From Lingula anatina (taxonomy: Eukaryota; Animalia; Brachiopoda): a stretch of DNA of 64,000 nt. Of the stretch, positions 36,501-49,690 are shown piece after piece (positions within the stretch are counted from its first letter, which is position 1; the number at the start of each line of letters is the position of its first letter). The stretch lies in contig CM120644.1 of assembly GCA_051362555.1 (NCBI GenBank), forward strand, positions 12,174,567 to 12,238,566, in the 5' to 3' direction. The notes under the pieces were generated by a model. It had not been told where the DNA came from, ran no database searches, and saw nothing but the letters and a program-made list of their open reading frames with translations. Both the position numbers and the translations under genes were made by a program.

Positions 36501-39500
36501 CTTCCTGGGTCAAAATCTGGCTGGGCCATTTTTAAAAAATGTGTGCATTAAAATTTTTTTGATAATTCATTATGTTTCAATATCATTTTTTATTTTAATT
36601 TTAATCATATTATTTTTCATAGGCTAGGCAGATTGACCAAAAGCATATTATATCAATCTCATGTGACTTATTTTCTTATTCCTTTTTATTTTTATTTCTT
36701 TTGTTTCTTTATTTTTCTTACTCAGTACTTAAATATGCACTTTATGGTAAGATAGCTGGATAAATTGTTTCCTTTGTATATTAACAATGTATCAATTTTT
36801 TACTATGGTAAGTTAGTCATATTTCTTTACTATATATGGAAGATGGTGACAAAAATACTCATCTACAGACATCTTTGATTATCAGTTTATTTCTGTTTCA
36901 TATTATGTTTACAACATGCAATCAAATACATATCAACAGCATATAAATATGCATATTAATTTTAAAATTAAAAAATCATACAATTTTTTATTGCTTTTAT
37001 GCATTTTGTTACTCGTGGTTTTTTGTGTTTGGATTGATTTCACTGAGAAGAAAATAAAGACCATCTAGACCTTCTCTTTGAAAAGCAATTACAAATTCTG
37101 ATATGTTAACCCTGACAGCTTAATTTTTTTCCTTCACATGGAGAAATTATTTTTTTACAAACAAGGTTTTCTACAGAATTTGGTAAAGGTTTCACACAGG
37201 ATTTAGTCAATTGACTGGGATAAAATAATAAATCAGAAAAAAAGGATTTTCTTCACTTTCATCATTGCAAAAATTAACTAAATTTTGTAACTCAAGACTA
37301 TCTTTTAATGCATTATGGGCTGAATAATTTCTGTGAAGTAATAAATTTACAAACTAAAGTCTCTTGTTTATGATTGGGTAAATTAGGATAAAGTTGGAAT
37401 AAAGTACACTTTATCTTCTAAAATATACTGTTTATTTTCCTAGCATCAAAAAAGTATTACATGTATCTGCATAAAAACCCTTGGTCCTCTGTTGTGTGTT
37501 TTATGGTTTTGTCCATTTGCACTTTAACAAAACCATTACAAGAATGACGTCGCAACACGCCAGGCGGGTGCACACCGGTTGCATCTTTTCTGGAGAGCTG
37601 AAAATCGCACTGTTTGCAGGTCATATTGTTCAATAACATACTTAAATCAACAACAAAACGCCTGAGTCTAATTATTTTAACTTATTGTGAAAGAAGAGAA
37701 TTGTTTTCAGCATACAAATCACTGTAACTTGGCCCTGGGTGATCGGAAACCAATGCTGAAGAAGGCAATGTCTTGTTGCACACATCGTAACCATATGACA
37801 AATCTCCGCAATACACTTTGTGGTCAAAATACAAGCCCTTGTGAATGTTTTCCGTGAGATAAGATCATGTCACTGCTATACAAGCCTTACTAAAACGCTC
37901 TTTTCAATCCCTTCTTCGCGTAACTTCTTACATGCGGTATTTGTAAACAAAGTCGCAAGTGGGTACTTTACGTCGTAAAAGACCAAGCGTTCACTCATAC
38001 GCAACGCATAGTTGACATATTCGTAGCGCTTCGACCAAAATAACATCAAAGATTTCATACAGATTTCTTAAAAAGATGAATTACGTATTTTATTGCATGT
38101 CTTATTTTCATAATTAGCCGCTATCTCAAAAAACTACTCATGCGCGAAACCTGCGCAGATCGCAAAAAAAGCTAATATGAGAGGACTACCTTAATGAAAA
38201 TTCTTAGTAGGTTACCAGACATCACCGATAAATGTCAAATAAGCAATGTATGGATATGCATGCAAAGATCTCAAAGTTTACTTTTGTTGATGCATGTACG
38301 CACCAGGCTGCTGACAATGGTAAGAAGAGCAATATTTGCGAAATTTTTTTTTAGCGACCACACTGAACCCCTCCCCCCCAAAAAATAAATTAATAAATAA
38401 ATAAAGACTATGGGGTAAGGATAAACTGTCCTGTCCACAGTTTCGTTCAGTGTAATCCTTGGCCACAAAAAGTTTTTGAATCAAGGCATTTACGCATTTT
38501 TTTCTCTTCACAGGGCAACTTCTGAAAGCACACTCACCTTATCATATGTGTAATATGTGCCTCCCTCGTGTTGTGTCAGCATAGCGGTGCTGAGTGCTTT
38601 TCTATTATTGAGCTCGCAGTTCCCTGCAAATGTGATACACTAAAAGTCATTGTATTTCATAGATTCGTGTTTATTTGCTTCAGCTGTTGGTTAATGGGCA
38701 TTATTTGGTAAAATTATTCTCGGCAGATGGCTCCAAGCAAACATGCAGACAGACAGACAGACAAGGACCTCTTACATGTACACAAAGAAACTCCATTGGA
38801 GAAGGAGTATATGCCATGTAGATAAGCAGATGCTAAACTTTTATAGAAGTATAATCTATATCGTTACCCACTGACTGTGACAGTGAAAATTGACAGTTTA
38901 AATTTTATGGCACTGCATGAAGTTAAAGTCTACAGTCTATAATGTGTATAGTGTATAGGGCCGTTTTCAAAATTGCTTCTGGGAGCCAAAATTCAGACTG
39001 TAGTATCGTTTTTTTTTTCAAAATCCATTCTGGTAATTAGACACTGTATAGTTTCGTTTTCCAAACATACGAAAACGATGTTGACAACAAATAACTAGAA
39101 TAGTTTACAAAGGGGAACGGCGGCAAAAAAAACGAGACATTTTGCTGTTCAGACATCTTATGCAAACAACCGTCCTTTATCTTAGCTAAGTAAAAATGGC
39201 AAGCTACTAGAATGACAATGTTTTTGTCTTAAATCTTCCAATTTTCTATCTATGTAAGACAACAGCCTTACCTTTTCCACTGGCCATGGGTGCATTTTTG
39301 TAGTAATTGCATGATACACATGTTTCCAAGTTGGCACATTTTACAACACAGCTGATAGCGCTTCCCGCCGTCACCGTCTTCCAGACAGAGGATGCTAAAA
39401 TGAAGTCTTTTGTGGCAGCAAAATGCGTGTAATGAACGCTGCTTTGTATCCGATGTATTAAAGCTATGTAAAACACCAAGGACTTCTTTAGTGCACACAA

Positions 39501-39506
39501 GTCCAT
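33563..39506 (-). CDS. Secreted PAN/apple + fibrinogen C-terminal domain protein (FREP/ficolin-like), paralogue A, ~314 aa, 5 exons
   Basis: Exons are 39272-39506, 38538-38623, 34784-34808, 34195-34617 and 33563-33738; all GT-AG and in frame (945 nt). PAN-type CxxxC..CxSxNY..CELN; FReD motifs KDC, VYCD, GWVVVMRR, F.R.W..YK.GFG, EQFWIGNE, GWWY..C, ATMKVR. Confidence 0.9.
35270..38190 (-). mobile_element. Kolobok-type non-autonomous DNA transposon (2.9 kb) in intron 2 of paralogue A
   Basis: TTAA on both sides; imperfect TIRs GGACGCTCTCTCATATT / (rc) GGTAGTCCTCTCATATT. Minus-strand remnant RRFVVDLSMLLNNMTCKQC (~37610-37665) resembles the N-terminal Zn-finger of Kolobok-type transposases. Confidence 0.7.
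35871..37255. repeat. Diverged internal tandem duplication, ~743-bp period
   Basis: TTTTTCATAGGCT at 35871/36613 and TAAAGACCATCTAGACC at 36312/37055. Confidence 0.85.
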
Positions 39507-42240
39507 GGTTATGGTGTTCCGGAGTCCTGCAAAAATTACCAGTTCCTCACTGTGTAAGGGGTGACCACTAGTGACGTTGGTCTTAACAGATTCTTCAGTT
39601 TTTGATAGAATAACTGAATAAGTGCTGTATTCCACGCATTATGCTAATCTACCAAACCAGTTGCTCTGGTAGTGTGGCACAGTTCTGCAGTCCAAAATGA
39701 ACCTAGAACTTTCCTTCTCTTGTCCCTATGCAATCAGTGCAACGATGGCTTATGCACATCAACATTCTCTAGACAGCATAGCAGACATTTTTTTTTTCTA
39801 AAACAAATGATGTCCCTGCTTTCAGTAACGGTGTTGTTTATCTAAGTATAAAGTTGACACCTGTGGTGACTCACGCTACAATATACGCCGTTCGGAAGGC
39901 AGCACAATTACTGTACAGTTAAATAATTAATTGCTTTATCCTTGGTGTCATTCACTGTAACTGTTCTCCAGATTGTCTTCAAATGCCATGGAACATTTTT
40001 TTTTTTTTTTTTTGCTACTTTAAACTTACTTTACCCGCAGTTACGTAATTTGAAATACTGTGAAACAATGCCCCTAGGTCCTGTCAAGTGGTGGATTTTA
40101 AGTTAATCGTCATGCTTCCCCCTGTGGCATTGATTGACTCAAGTTTACTATGTTACAATTAATAAATCATACCTTCAAAGTAATCCTGATGTACATCGAA
40201 CAACTTGTATGCATACAAAAAATGCAAACAATATCAGTATACCTTATTCTAAACCAATAATTAAAATATAAGTAGGTCTTCCAATTATCCAATCGACTAA
40301 GAGGTTCTGTTTGACACTGTATCTCTGATACCTTCTAGTGTATTGTCAATACCATCACGCGAGACAGTCTTTTCCGCTAGTCTCATTTTCTATAGGGTCC
40401 TGACTTCTTGATGAATTTGTTTAGCCAATCGATGTCAATATCCGCCTATTAAGTAGCCAACGATACACTGCTATCTACCGGTATATGATTACATACTGTA
40501 CCTACATGTTTACCGCGAGAATTCAACGGTGACAGTCTAGTAAGGAAGGAAAAGATCCTCAACTGAAATATTTACTGAATTCAATATTCATGACGTCCAA
40601 ACATACCGTTTTGAGGTAGCCAAGTATAACAGTCTGAAACATAAGAGGTTACCAACAGGTTAATGGATATGTCCAAAACTATTAATCGGAAACAAAAAAC
40701 ATTTAGTATGAGATCCAACACATTTAAGAAACGGTCGAGTCTTTTATCAATTAAAATGGGAGATATTTGTAGTTATAATATTTAAGGCCATGCTACAGTT
40801 TGATATTATTGGTTAGAAACCATGTTTTGGCGTAAGAGGTTTATGAAGCAAGGTTTTCTCTAAAGATATATAAGCGGTTAACTACTGCCCATTGCTACCT
40901 TACAATACCACAAACTATATTTGTTGAAATTTCCACAATGTTGTTCAAAGTCGTTCGGCATTTGAAAGCCTGACAGTGTCGATAACTGACATATTTGCTA
41001 TGTAACGACGACTTGCTGAAATACTAAACATACATGTGAGTACTGTTGTGCACTTTTATATAGATAAATGAAAAATTCATACATGTATGATATGATCAAA
41101 TGTGCTTCACAAAGAAGAGTGGTATTTATTTCATCTTTGAAAGCAAACTCAGCAAGGGACGAAAACGATATTGACGTCCGAACACGAAAATTATTTTGTT
41201 ATCATCGCTGAGATTGCGATAGAACGATAAAATAACTATTTTTAACGCATTCGTTAAAAAATCTCCGTATTCGAGGCAACTCAAATCGAGATCAAGGCGA
41301 TTCTGCGCCAACAATTAAAATATGAAAGACAGATGGGTGGATCAGCATCAGAGTATTAAAACGGACATATACATTATACGTACATGTACAGAGAAAGTAC
41401 AGATGACGTATTATATAATATTAAAAATTTAGAAAAAATTATCTTGAAAAAGATACGAGTGGATGCCTTAATACACGGTCGCACGTGAACAGACACACGC
41501 ACCCACACACGCACGCAAGCAACCGGGCATATGTCCTTATGTTTAAGGTATTTTCGTCCAAATATTATTTACTTCATCACCTTTATCCCTAATTATAAAA
41601 GTACTTAATGACTATATTTAATACACTCCACAATTCTGTATAGATTTCATTAAAGTCACTTGCCTTGTTAGCTTTATTGTATAATGCATTTTGAGCCAAA
41701 CGTCTTTTGTTTACACGAGAGCCATAAATATTGATTTCAATAATGATATCAATTGAAGTTCGTGTTGTCCTGCCACCTGCAATGTATTTCCCGTTGATTA
41801 CTGTATTATCCTGAAAATCTTCACCGAGATCTTATTTGTTGTTTTGGGCATTTTGTATGTGTAAATGTATCGATTGTAATCAAAACTCCTATTGAAGGTC
41901 AAACCCCAGCACTGATGCCGCCAAAAACATTGTCTCCGTGACAAAGACTGAAATCGACAAGATCACGTGATACTTGCAAATCTGCTTCGGTCATTGGGGG
42001 ATATCCTACTTTAATAATCAACGCAAATAATGCAAATACTATAAGATCCTGATTGTAATAAACGCACTCTGATTTACAAAGGCAATTAGAAACTGGCCTC
42101 TCTAATGGTACACAAGGACTGAGGACAAGGGTGGCATTGCTAAAGCAGCGACACAGCTCTGCAGGATGACGTAGCCAGAGGGCACTTGTTGTACAATTAG
42201 CTAGTTGCGAGGCAAATGGTAATCGGTTGCAGGCCAAAAC

Positions 42241-45200
42241 ATGGGATTCTACGTGCCAAAGAATTATCCAGAAATTTTAATAGTTTTCTTGCGACTTGTA
42301 CTGGTAATACATCAGGTACATAGCAATGTTCATTACACACATTTTGTCGCTACGAAAGACTTCATTTTAGCATCCTCTGTCTGGAAGACGGTGACGGCGG
42401 GAAGCGCTATCAGCTGTGTTGTAAAATGTGCCAACTTGGAAACATGTGTATCTTGCAATTACTACGAAAATGCACCCAGTGAATACGGTAAGGTGTTTTG
42501 TTTTCTCAAATAAGATATTTTAAACAGTTTGTGCATATGTATCAAACACATACAGTGTGCTTTTTCAGTTCCCAGCCTCCGCCGTACTAAAGAGTAAAAA
42601 AAGTGTCACCGAAAGTAAAAATACAATAAATGTACGGCAAATTTCGCAATTCTTGGAATGTGAAAGATAGAACATTAGCCTGGATCAGAATCTGAAATAT
42701 CACCGGGCATAAATGTATATCGTGCATTGCTATGCATTGGTTTTGTTTAGGAATTTAGGATCAGTTAAATCAACCTACTATAAAAGCGAACAGTGTACGG
42801 TTTTTGACGAGAACAGACAGGCTAATACAAGTGTGTTTGCGCGATACAAACGTAATAAACCTACTACAAACATACAATCAGCGGACATGGTAAAGAACAC
42901 TTGCACTTTTCACATCATCATTAAAGGAAGACGATATAAATTATATTTAAATAGAAGGTCGCGATTTATTTGTGTTTTTATTACATGTAAGTGTAATATT
43001 TACTTCCACAAATCAGAAAACTTAACGTAGTCAATAGATTTACTTGTTTGTCTTCATGTCTGCCTGTTACGTAAAACATGGTTAACTGGGCATCAGTGGC
43101 AGATGTTTTTTTTTTTTTTTTTTTTTTTTTTTAAGGATTTAATTGACTTTGGGGCGATCAATTATATACTGCACTGTAGCTGGATGAAGGCATTGTAAAG
43201 GTGTCATTTTGATTGATCTTTGAAATTGGGGAGGACGGTTAACTAACAGCCATTTATGCTTCCGTGAACATAACTCAGTTTTGTCAGGAAATATTTTTCA
43301 AGTAAATAATTGAAAAAAGACCAAAGACAAAAAGCTAGATAAATTAATTTTATTTTCATAGTACGTGTACGTCAGAAAAATGATATGAATGCTTAATTCT
43401 TTTCTTCCCCTTAATATTTATTTGCACTAATTTATGTATTTGTATCCTCAACCTTTTGTTTGCTACGATTTAACTCATTACATATTACGAGATTTACAGT
43501 CACAGTACTTTAAAGGCAAGCCTTTTACTTTAAATGTGTAAATAGCATTAGGACATAAATGATCATTCGATAGTCACTCACGTACCTGTACGTGAATGTA
43601 GAAAAATGTACATGTGAAATAGGCAAACTCAGTATTTATTGAGTGGTACATGTAGATCGTAGTCTACTTGAACCACTCGAGTCCACCTAAGTAAAAAAAA
43701 ATAGGTAAGTTTTGTAGGGGAGACCGGGGCTAGTTGGACCCCGGGGTAAGTTGACCTCCCCATGAAGTCTTTTAAATATCGTTACTTTATAAAATTATTT
43801 CATTTGGACTCATTGCCGACGCTTTCTTAGCACTAACAGATACGGTCACTTTACAAATTGATGTGATCAATTCTTTTACCCCATAGTTACTTTGTCATAT
43901 ATTGATGGGGGCCCAACTTACCCCGGTCTCCCCTACTTCAACTTTGTACCTCCATCTTTTATGGCTACATGCTGGAAATATAATTCCTATTACCGAAAAG
44001 CAGAGTATTTGCCATATTCAATTGACACCGCACAAAAAAAGATTCCAGAGACAGCCAGATATTTGTTTCAATCATCGCTGAATGTTAAAATACGTAGCTT
44101 TGAAAGGGTGAGCGAGAAATCCAGGTGCAGCCACTGAGCACAAACGATGTGAAATCACTCTTTCACAATTAAGCGTAACTGATAGCAGAACGAAATCGTC
44201 AGTAGCTTGTGTACGTGGCCATAAACCAAAATCTGGATATTCGGAAAACCTGCCAGGGATACAAACAGACATCGATTATAGCTTCCGTCTATTATATTTA
44301 TAGGAAACTGTGAGCTGAATTACCGAAAGGCACTCGATAGTGCCACACTAATACAACACGAAGGTGGAGCATACTATACGTATAACAAGGCAAGTATACC
44401 TGTGAAGTAGTTTCAAAGACCACCCCCTATCGGAAAACAATGCCGTCCTTTTGAAAATGTCATTTTTTAGAGTAAACACATTGACAAAATTACAAATTTT
44501 TAAAGTTTTTTAATCTATGAAGATGGAGACTGGTGAACATCATTCGGTGCCAAACAAACAGAAATTCAGAACACAAAACCAGATCTACAGAGCATGAACT
44601 TTTCTCCAAGGCATACAGTGTTCGTTAGACTTTCATATTGCATAAAAACTTATTTTCGTCTGGAAATTACAACAATATTAATTTGCCTTATTCGCCAGTA
44701 TATGTCATACTTGTGAAAATTACGATCTAGATCTGGTTTTGTGTTCTGAATTTCTGTTTGTATGGCACCGAATGATGTTCACCAGTCTCCATCTTCATAG
44801 ATTAAAAACTTTAAAAGATTGTAATTTTGTCAATGGGTTTTTATCCGATGTACCTTGGAGATAACTGGAAAAGGGAGGATAAATCCATTTTTTTTGCTAT
44901 ATAAATTAAGTCTCCACCCAAATTGGATGTCTTTAAAATCTATTACATTAATTTTCAGGTGGAAAAGGATTGCAATGATCTTGGTAAGTACCATGATGAA
45001 TTTGAATTGATTTCTTTAGTTTTTGAACACAACAGAAATGGTAGAGTGTAAGTATTGTAAGTAGATGTACTGGAAAGTGAGTTTAAACGCTGTTTTAAAT
45101 GATATTATTGTGCCTTTCCAGAGGGCTCTGGTTTAACTAATATCGATATAGATGGTTTTGGTCAAAAAGAAGTTTATTGTGACAACGGATGGGTTGTTGT

Positions 45201-46155
45201 GATGAGACGATACAACAGCACGATGTCCTTCCACAGAAATTGGAATGCATATAAAGTTGGTTTCGGTGACCCACGTGAGCAGTTTTGGATTGGAAACGAT
45301 GCTCTCTACGCATTAACCAATCAAGGGGATTACTCCATGCAGATTGACATGCTGTCTTGTGACGGAAACACCTACTACGTCAGATGGAACTTGTTTCGCA
45401 TCCAAGATGAAAGCCAGAAATATAAGGTTGCTGCTATTAGTGTCGACTCGTACAACACTTCCAGCAATAGTTATCTAACAGAAAATGTAAACTGGAAATT
45501 TGGAACTTATGATAATGACGAAGGCCACTCACGGAATTGCAGTGATGATCACGGTATGACTTAATAACACTAAATGCACATTTTGTATAAAGTTAAAGTT
45601 GATATCGACTAAGATTATCTATATTTTAGCGCAGAGTGGCATTTTAGCATTCTAGTGGCATTCTGACCTGTTAGGCTCTTTTGCGTGCAGGATTCAGACA
45701 CAGAAAATTTTCTCTGATTTTGACAGGGAGTTTTTATCTATGGTTTTTCCTGGGCGTAATAGATCCGTTTGTATCAAATTTGAGTTACGTTTATAGGTTG
45801 GCAACATAGAAGTGTTTAGCAATAAGGTTTTGTTTTGTTTTATATAAAATAAGCTGCAATTAACTAATAAATAAAACGGTGGCATCCTTCTATTAGTGCT
45901 CAAGCCAAAATCATTTTTGATTTTTTTGATAACCGTGAAAGAGTTTTGCAAAGAAGTACAGATGGCTTATTCATTTCAGGCGGCGGGTGGTGGTATACGG
46001 ACTGCACGAGGTGGCATTTAACAGGCTACTACCCCAGCTGTGCCGGCAACAGCAACAACCACAGAACCATGAAGTTTGCCTCTATCACTGGGAATAACTG
46101 CAACAACGGATGCTTATTACAGGCTGCTACTTTGAAAATCCAGCGTAACACCTAG
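42241..46155 (+). CDS. Secreted PAN/apple + fibrinogen C-terminal domain protein (FREP/ficolin-like), paralogue B, ~321 aa, 5 exons
   Basis: Exons are 42241-42487, 44304-44389 (GC donor), 44959-44983, 45122-45553 and 45980-46155 (966 nt). Same intron phases as paralogue A, and exons 2, 3 and 5 have identical lengths. Confidence 0.9.
43717..43933. mobile_element. TA-flanked MITE (Tc1/mariner-pogo type) in intron 1 of paralogue B
   Basis: TA|GGGGAGACCGGGG...CCCCGGTCTCCCC|TA with subterminal GGGGTAAGTTG repeats. Confidence 0.85.
44479..44835. repeat. Foldback inverted repeat, ~110-bp arms, 140-bp loop (probable MITE core)
   Basis: 44479-44587 is the near-perfect reverse complement of 44728-44835. 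Confidence 0.9.
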
Positions 46156-46506
46156 ACCTCTTCTGCTGATAATTTTGATATCAAATACCGTCTCCGTAGA
46201 ACACAGGGACCTTGAGAATAATTTGAAGGAATAAATGAACGAATTTCTTCAGATTATTTAGAACTTACATTAAAGAAAGTGCTTTATTTTAAAACACACA
46301 CGCACAAGTCAAAATAAGTAAAAAAAAAGTTACTGTGATTACTCCTACGGTTCAGCAAAGATCTTCTCTATGATTGGTTGTTATCCGTGAAATATTGTAG
46401 AAAGTTGATGAAATGCGTAGAAAGACACAGCGAACAACAATGGCAGCTACAGGTATATGTCAGCTGCTGATATCACGGGCGACTTACTAAGATTGTTAAC
46501 ATTTAA

Positions 46507-46855
46507 AGGGATAATAACTCTTCGTATGAGATCTATATTTCACAATAAAAACATTGCTAACAACTCATAGAAATATAACATATTCTGTTTTACCCGTAAA
46601 TGACAGTTATAACTATTATTCTGATATCTGAGCTTGTCATCGGACCACGTGACCTCCATTGATGGCTATACACTGTTATAATCTCTTAAGAGATTATCAC
46701 AAAAAAAAAAAAAAAAAAAAAAAAAAACTTTTTAGGAAAAAAACAGGGACTAACTTTGAATGTAAAAATGGATTCATTAACCATAGGTCAGTATGGGAAA
46801 ATTGTTTACTCCAGGAAAATTCATTTTTTGGCCAAAATGAAGAGTTATTATACCT
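46507..46855. mobile_element. TTAA-flanked MITE (Kolobok-type), 17-bp TIRs
   Basis: TTAA|AGGGATAATAACTCTTC...GAAGAGTTATTATACCT|TTAA (1 mismatch). Confidence 0.55.
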
Positions 46856-47405
46856 TTAAGTGCAATGAATGTAGGCCTATAACGTTGTGCAAAAATTATA
46901 CCGTTACCTCTAAATGTTCCTAGAGCAAAACAAAGAATAAACTATTAACGGGCATTTACTGCTCTATTTTTAATCTTAAAAGTACAGAAAGAGGTATTCT
47001 TGCATTACCCTCTACCAAGGAACCAGATTGATTTTCACTACAGATTCATATATAGGCCCTATGTCTCTGATACTTTTATCTATTGTGCGTTACAGAAAAG
47101 ATCATATACAGTATTTAAAAGGACACAAAAGAGGATTTTCGCGCCAAAATTGATTTATCCCGATTTATCCCGAGGTTAACAGTACTTTTCCGCGATTTAC
47201 CAACCTTTAATCTATCATTCCCGGCACTCGCCATCGCTCTGTAACATTTTTGGAAAACACAATAAAAAGAAAACCTCCGCTTAAGCGGAGGTTTACCAAC
47301 AACCACCTCCATTTTCATTATTGAGCTCTCTAGACTTCCGGATATCGCGAGATTCTCGTATTGCGACCTAGTTACAACCAGTTCAAGCTGCCGGGAAAAG
47401 CCAAC

Positions 47406-49690
47406 ATGGCACAGGAGGCTCAATTATGCTGGGAGTCCTTCGAAGAAGCGAAGACAGATAACAAAAAGAAAAAAGAAACAGCCTTTACAAAAATCAGCAC
47501 CAGAAAAAACATGCGTAAAACAGTGTATCAGCAAATGAACGACAGGCAAACAATAAACACCGGCGAGGAAGAAGGCAGATGAAAACCTGCTTGGGTGGCC
47601 ATGCGGATACGAAGAATCGCCTGGCCTGGCCGCGAAGTATTTACTGGATTTGTGAGTACCATTTACAATAATGTTTGAGATAAGACACCAGTGAAAATAT
47701 TTATTAAGCACAGAGATTTATGTTTATTTACGTGTGTTCGTTGTATTTCTTAACGATTGTCAGGCTCGTCTGTCAAAATATGCCATGAAATTGTAACTGA
47801 TATGAGTGGTATCGATGACAGAAATTGCAAGTGTTGCTCATATGTCGACTCTGACAGGGTTTGGGTTAGTTTATAGAGCAAAGAAAGTTTAAATAGAAAC
47901 GGACATGGTGAGAGATACTAGTCTCATTACATGTACATTACAATGACCGGGCGAATTTTTGACTTACCGAGGGCACATTTCTTGTGCCTCTAACATCTAG
48001 GCATACCACAGTAATTAAGACATATGACCAAGATGCTATTTCTTTAGGCATCTAAATCCCAAAATGAATGTGCAGAAGCTGTTATTGTATCTAAGTTTAA
48101 CTCAGTGTTAAATGGCATGTTAACTATAATTGAAAATATCTTTGAGTAGTATTTTAAAGACAATTTGTCTCCTTTTTACATTAAAAATAAATAAATCAGA
48201 AAGGGGATATTGCATGTTTATGTTTGGTACATCTCTCTAATGTATTATATAGTCCAGAGTAATAATTTAGATCATACAATTTTAACTTTAGAGTCCAACC
48301 AGTATTTCGGAGAGTAAACCAATATGAAGTGATCAAGAAACTTCAAAATTAAGCTGTAGTTAATACTAGTGCAGTTGAAGATGACAGTCTAGATAATTTA
48401 AGGTGATTATATTGAGAACAATGGCATTTATACTTATTTCAGATATGTTTTTACATGATTTTTCTCAAACTTGATTATCTTATTTTATGTACTGTTGCTT
48501 TCTTTTGGTTGCAGTATCATCCTATGGGATGCCTGAACTGGAAGAAGTGCAGATGGAGGAGGAGGATGCTGAAGAAGAGGGAATTAAAGGATCCTGGTGA
48601 TCCAACATGGGACTAAAACATGTCTTTAGAGTAAGCAGAATTTTAATAAGCTGATATTCACTCCTCATATATTAGGCATTATAGGTGCATGATTTCTCTT
48701 TTATCAATTTTTTTCCAAATTGGCTACACATAATGTAAACATAATGCAAGACTATTTTCTCCGTCAACTGAAACGAGCTAAGCTTTACCAAAGTATTGTG
48801 CACTCAATTCTAGAATATGTCTGCCCTGTGTGGCATCCAGGACTAACTATAGGGCAATGCAAACTCTAAGAGACTGACCAAACTCGTGCTTTGAAGATTA
48901 TTTTCCCTGACCTACACTATGATGAAACCCTGAACCTGGCAAATATGTGTACTTTAGATAAACGAAGAGATCTGTGCAAAACTTTCTTTTACAAAATAAC
49001 TGAATCCTCTGACAAACTGAATCACATCTTTATTGATCAATCCAATCGTCTTTTAAGATCAAACAATAGTAACAAAGTGCCACAATTTAAGACCGACAGA
49101 TTCTGATGCTCTTTTATTCCGTATGCACTTTTAAATTTCCAATAGTATTATGTTGTCTTTTATCCTAAGTACAATAGTTTTAAAGTTCAATTAGCAGTCT
49201 TTTAACTCAGTTTTATTCAAGCAAATATTCACTTTATTTTCATTATAATTTTCTTAACACTATGTACAACTTCAACCCACTGGGTTGCAATCTTAATAAA
49301 TTATTATTATTATTATTTTGATTTGCTTTTTTAGACCTTAAGGTTATGAGCAACTGCCAGTATGATGTCCTGAAGAAGAGTTTTTTACATGGAAGAGGAA
49401 CTCCATGGCTCTCCACCAAAAAAAGAGGGACTTTTCTTGAGGGTCCAAAGCGGGGACGAGTTGGATAGTGAGAGACTTTTCCTGACTTTCGAGTGCTGCT
49501 TACAGGATATATTCAGTGAACTCATCTTGCCACTGTGACAAAAGCATAATCTGTTGACTTCAAACCATCTAGCGCTGGCATTTATGCTATAATGCAGACA
49601 GATTGGAAGTCAAGGTGGTCTTTCCTCCCAAACCTAAGTCATATGCCTGATATTGAGAATAAACCATTTTGGTCCAGCATTTACTTCTTA
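47406..49690 (+). pseudogene. Frameshifted, spliced transposase-like remnant
   Basis: caacATGG start and GT-AG-bounded pieces; an acidic stretch with DPGDPTW and ERLFLTFECCLQDIF, reminiscent of the FLVFESCL..LF motif of Kolobok-family transposases. Multiple stops and frameshifts. Confidence 0.4.
48748..49317 (+). mobile_element. 5'-truncated LINE (CR1/L2 group), C-terminus of ORF2 + 3' tail
   Basis: Degenerate YFLRQLKRA...SILEYVCPVWHPGLT...RALKIIFP..Y...L...TL..RR.LC..FF.KI...KTDRF..SFIPY. It ends in TTCAACCCACTGGGTTGCAATCTTAATAAA(TTA)n. Confidence 0.85.

Noticed and set aside
39507-39635. N-terminal extension of paralogue A given by the ORF track
   Set aside because: It starts at a non-ATG codon; the ATG at 39506 gives a signal peptide that aligns with paralogue B.
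32628-46859. Composite TTAA-flanked transposon carrying both FReD genes (inward-facing related ends at 32632 and 46855)
   Set aside because: The right end has a closer, better-matching partner TIR at 46507, so two independent MITE insertions are more parsimonious. It is not formally excluded.
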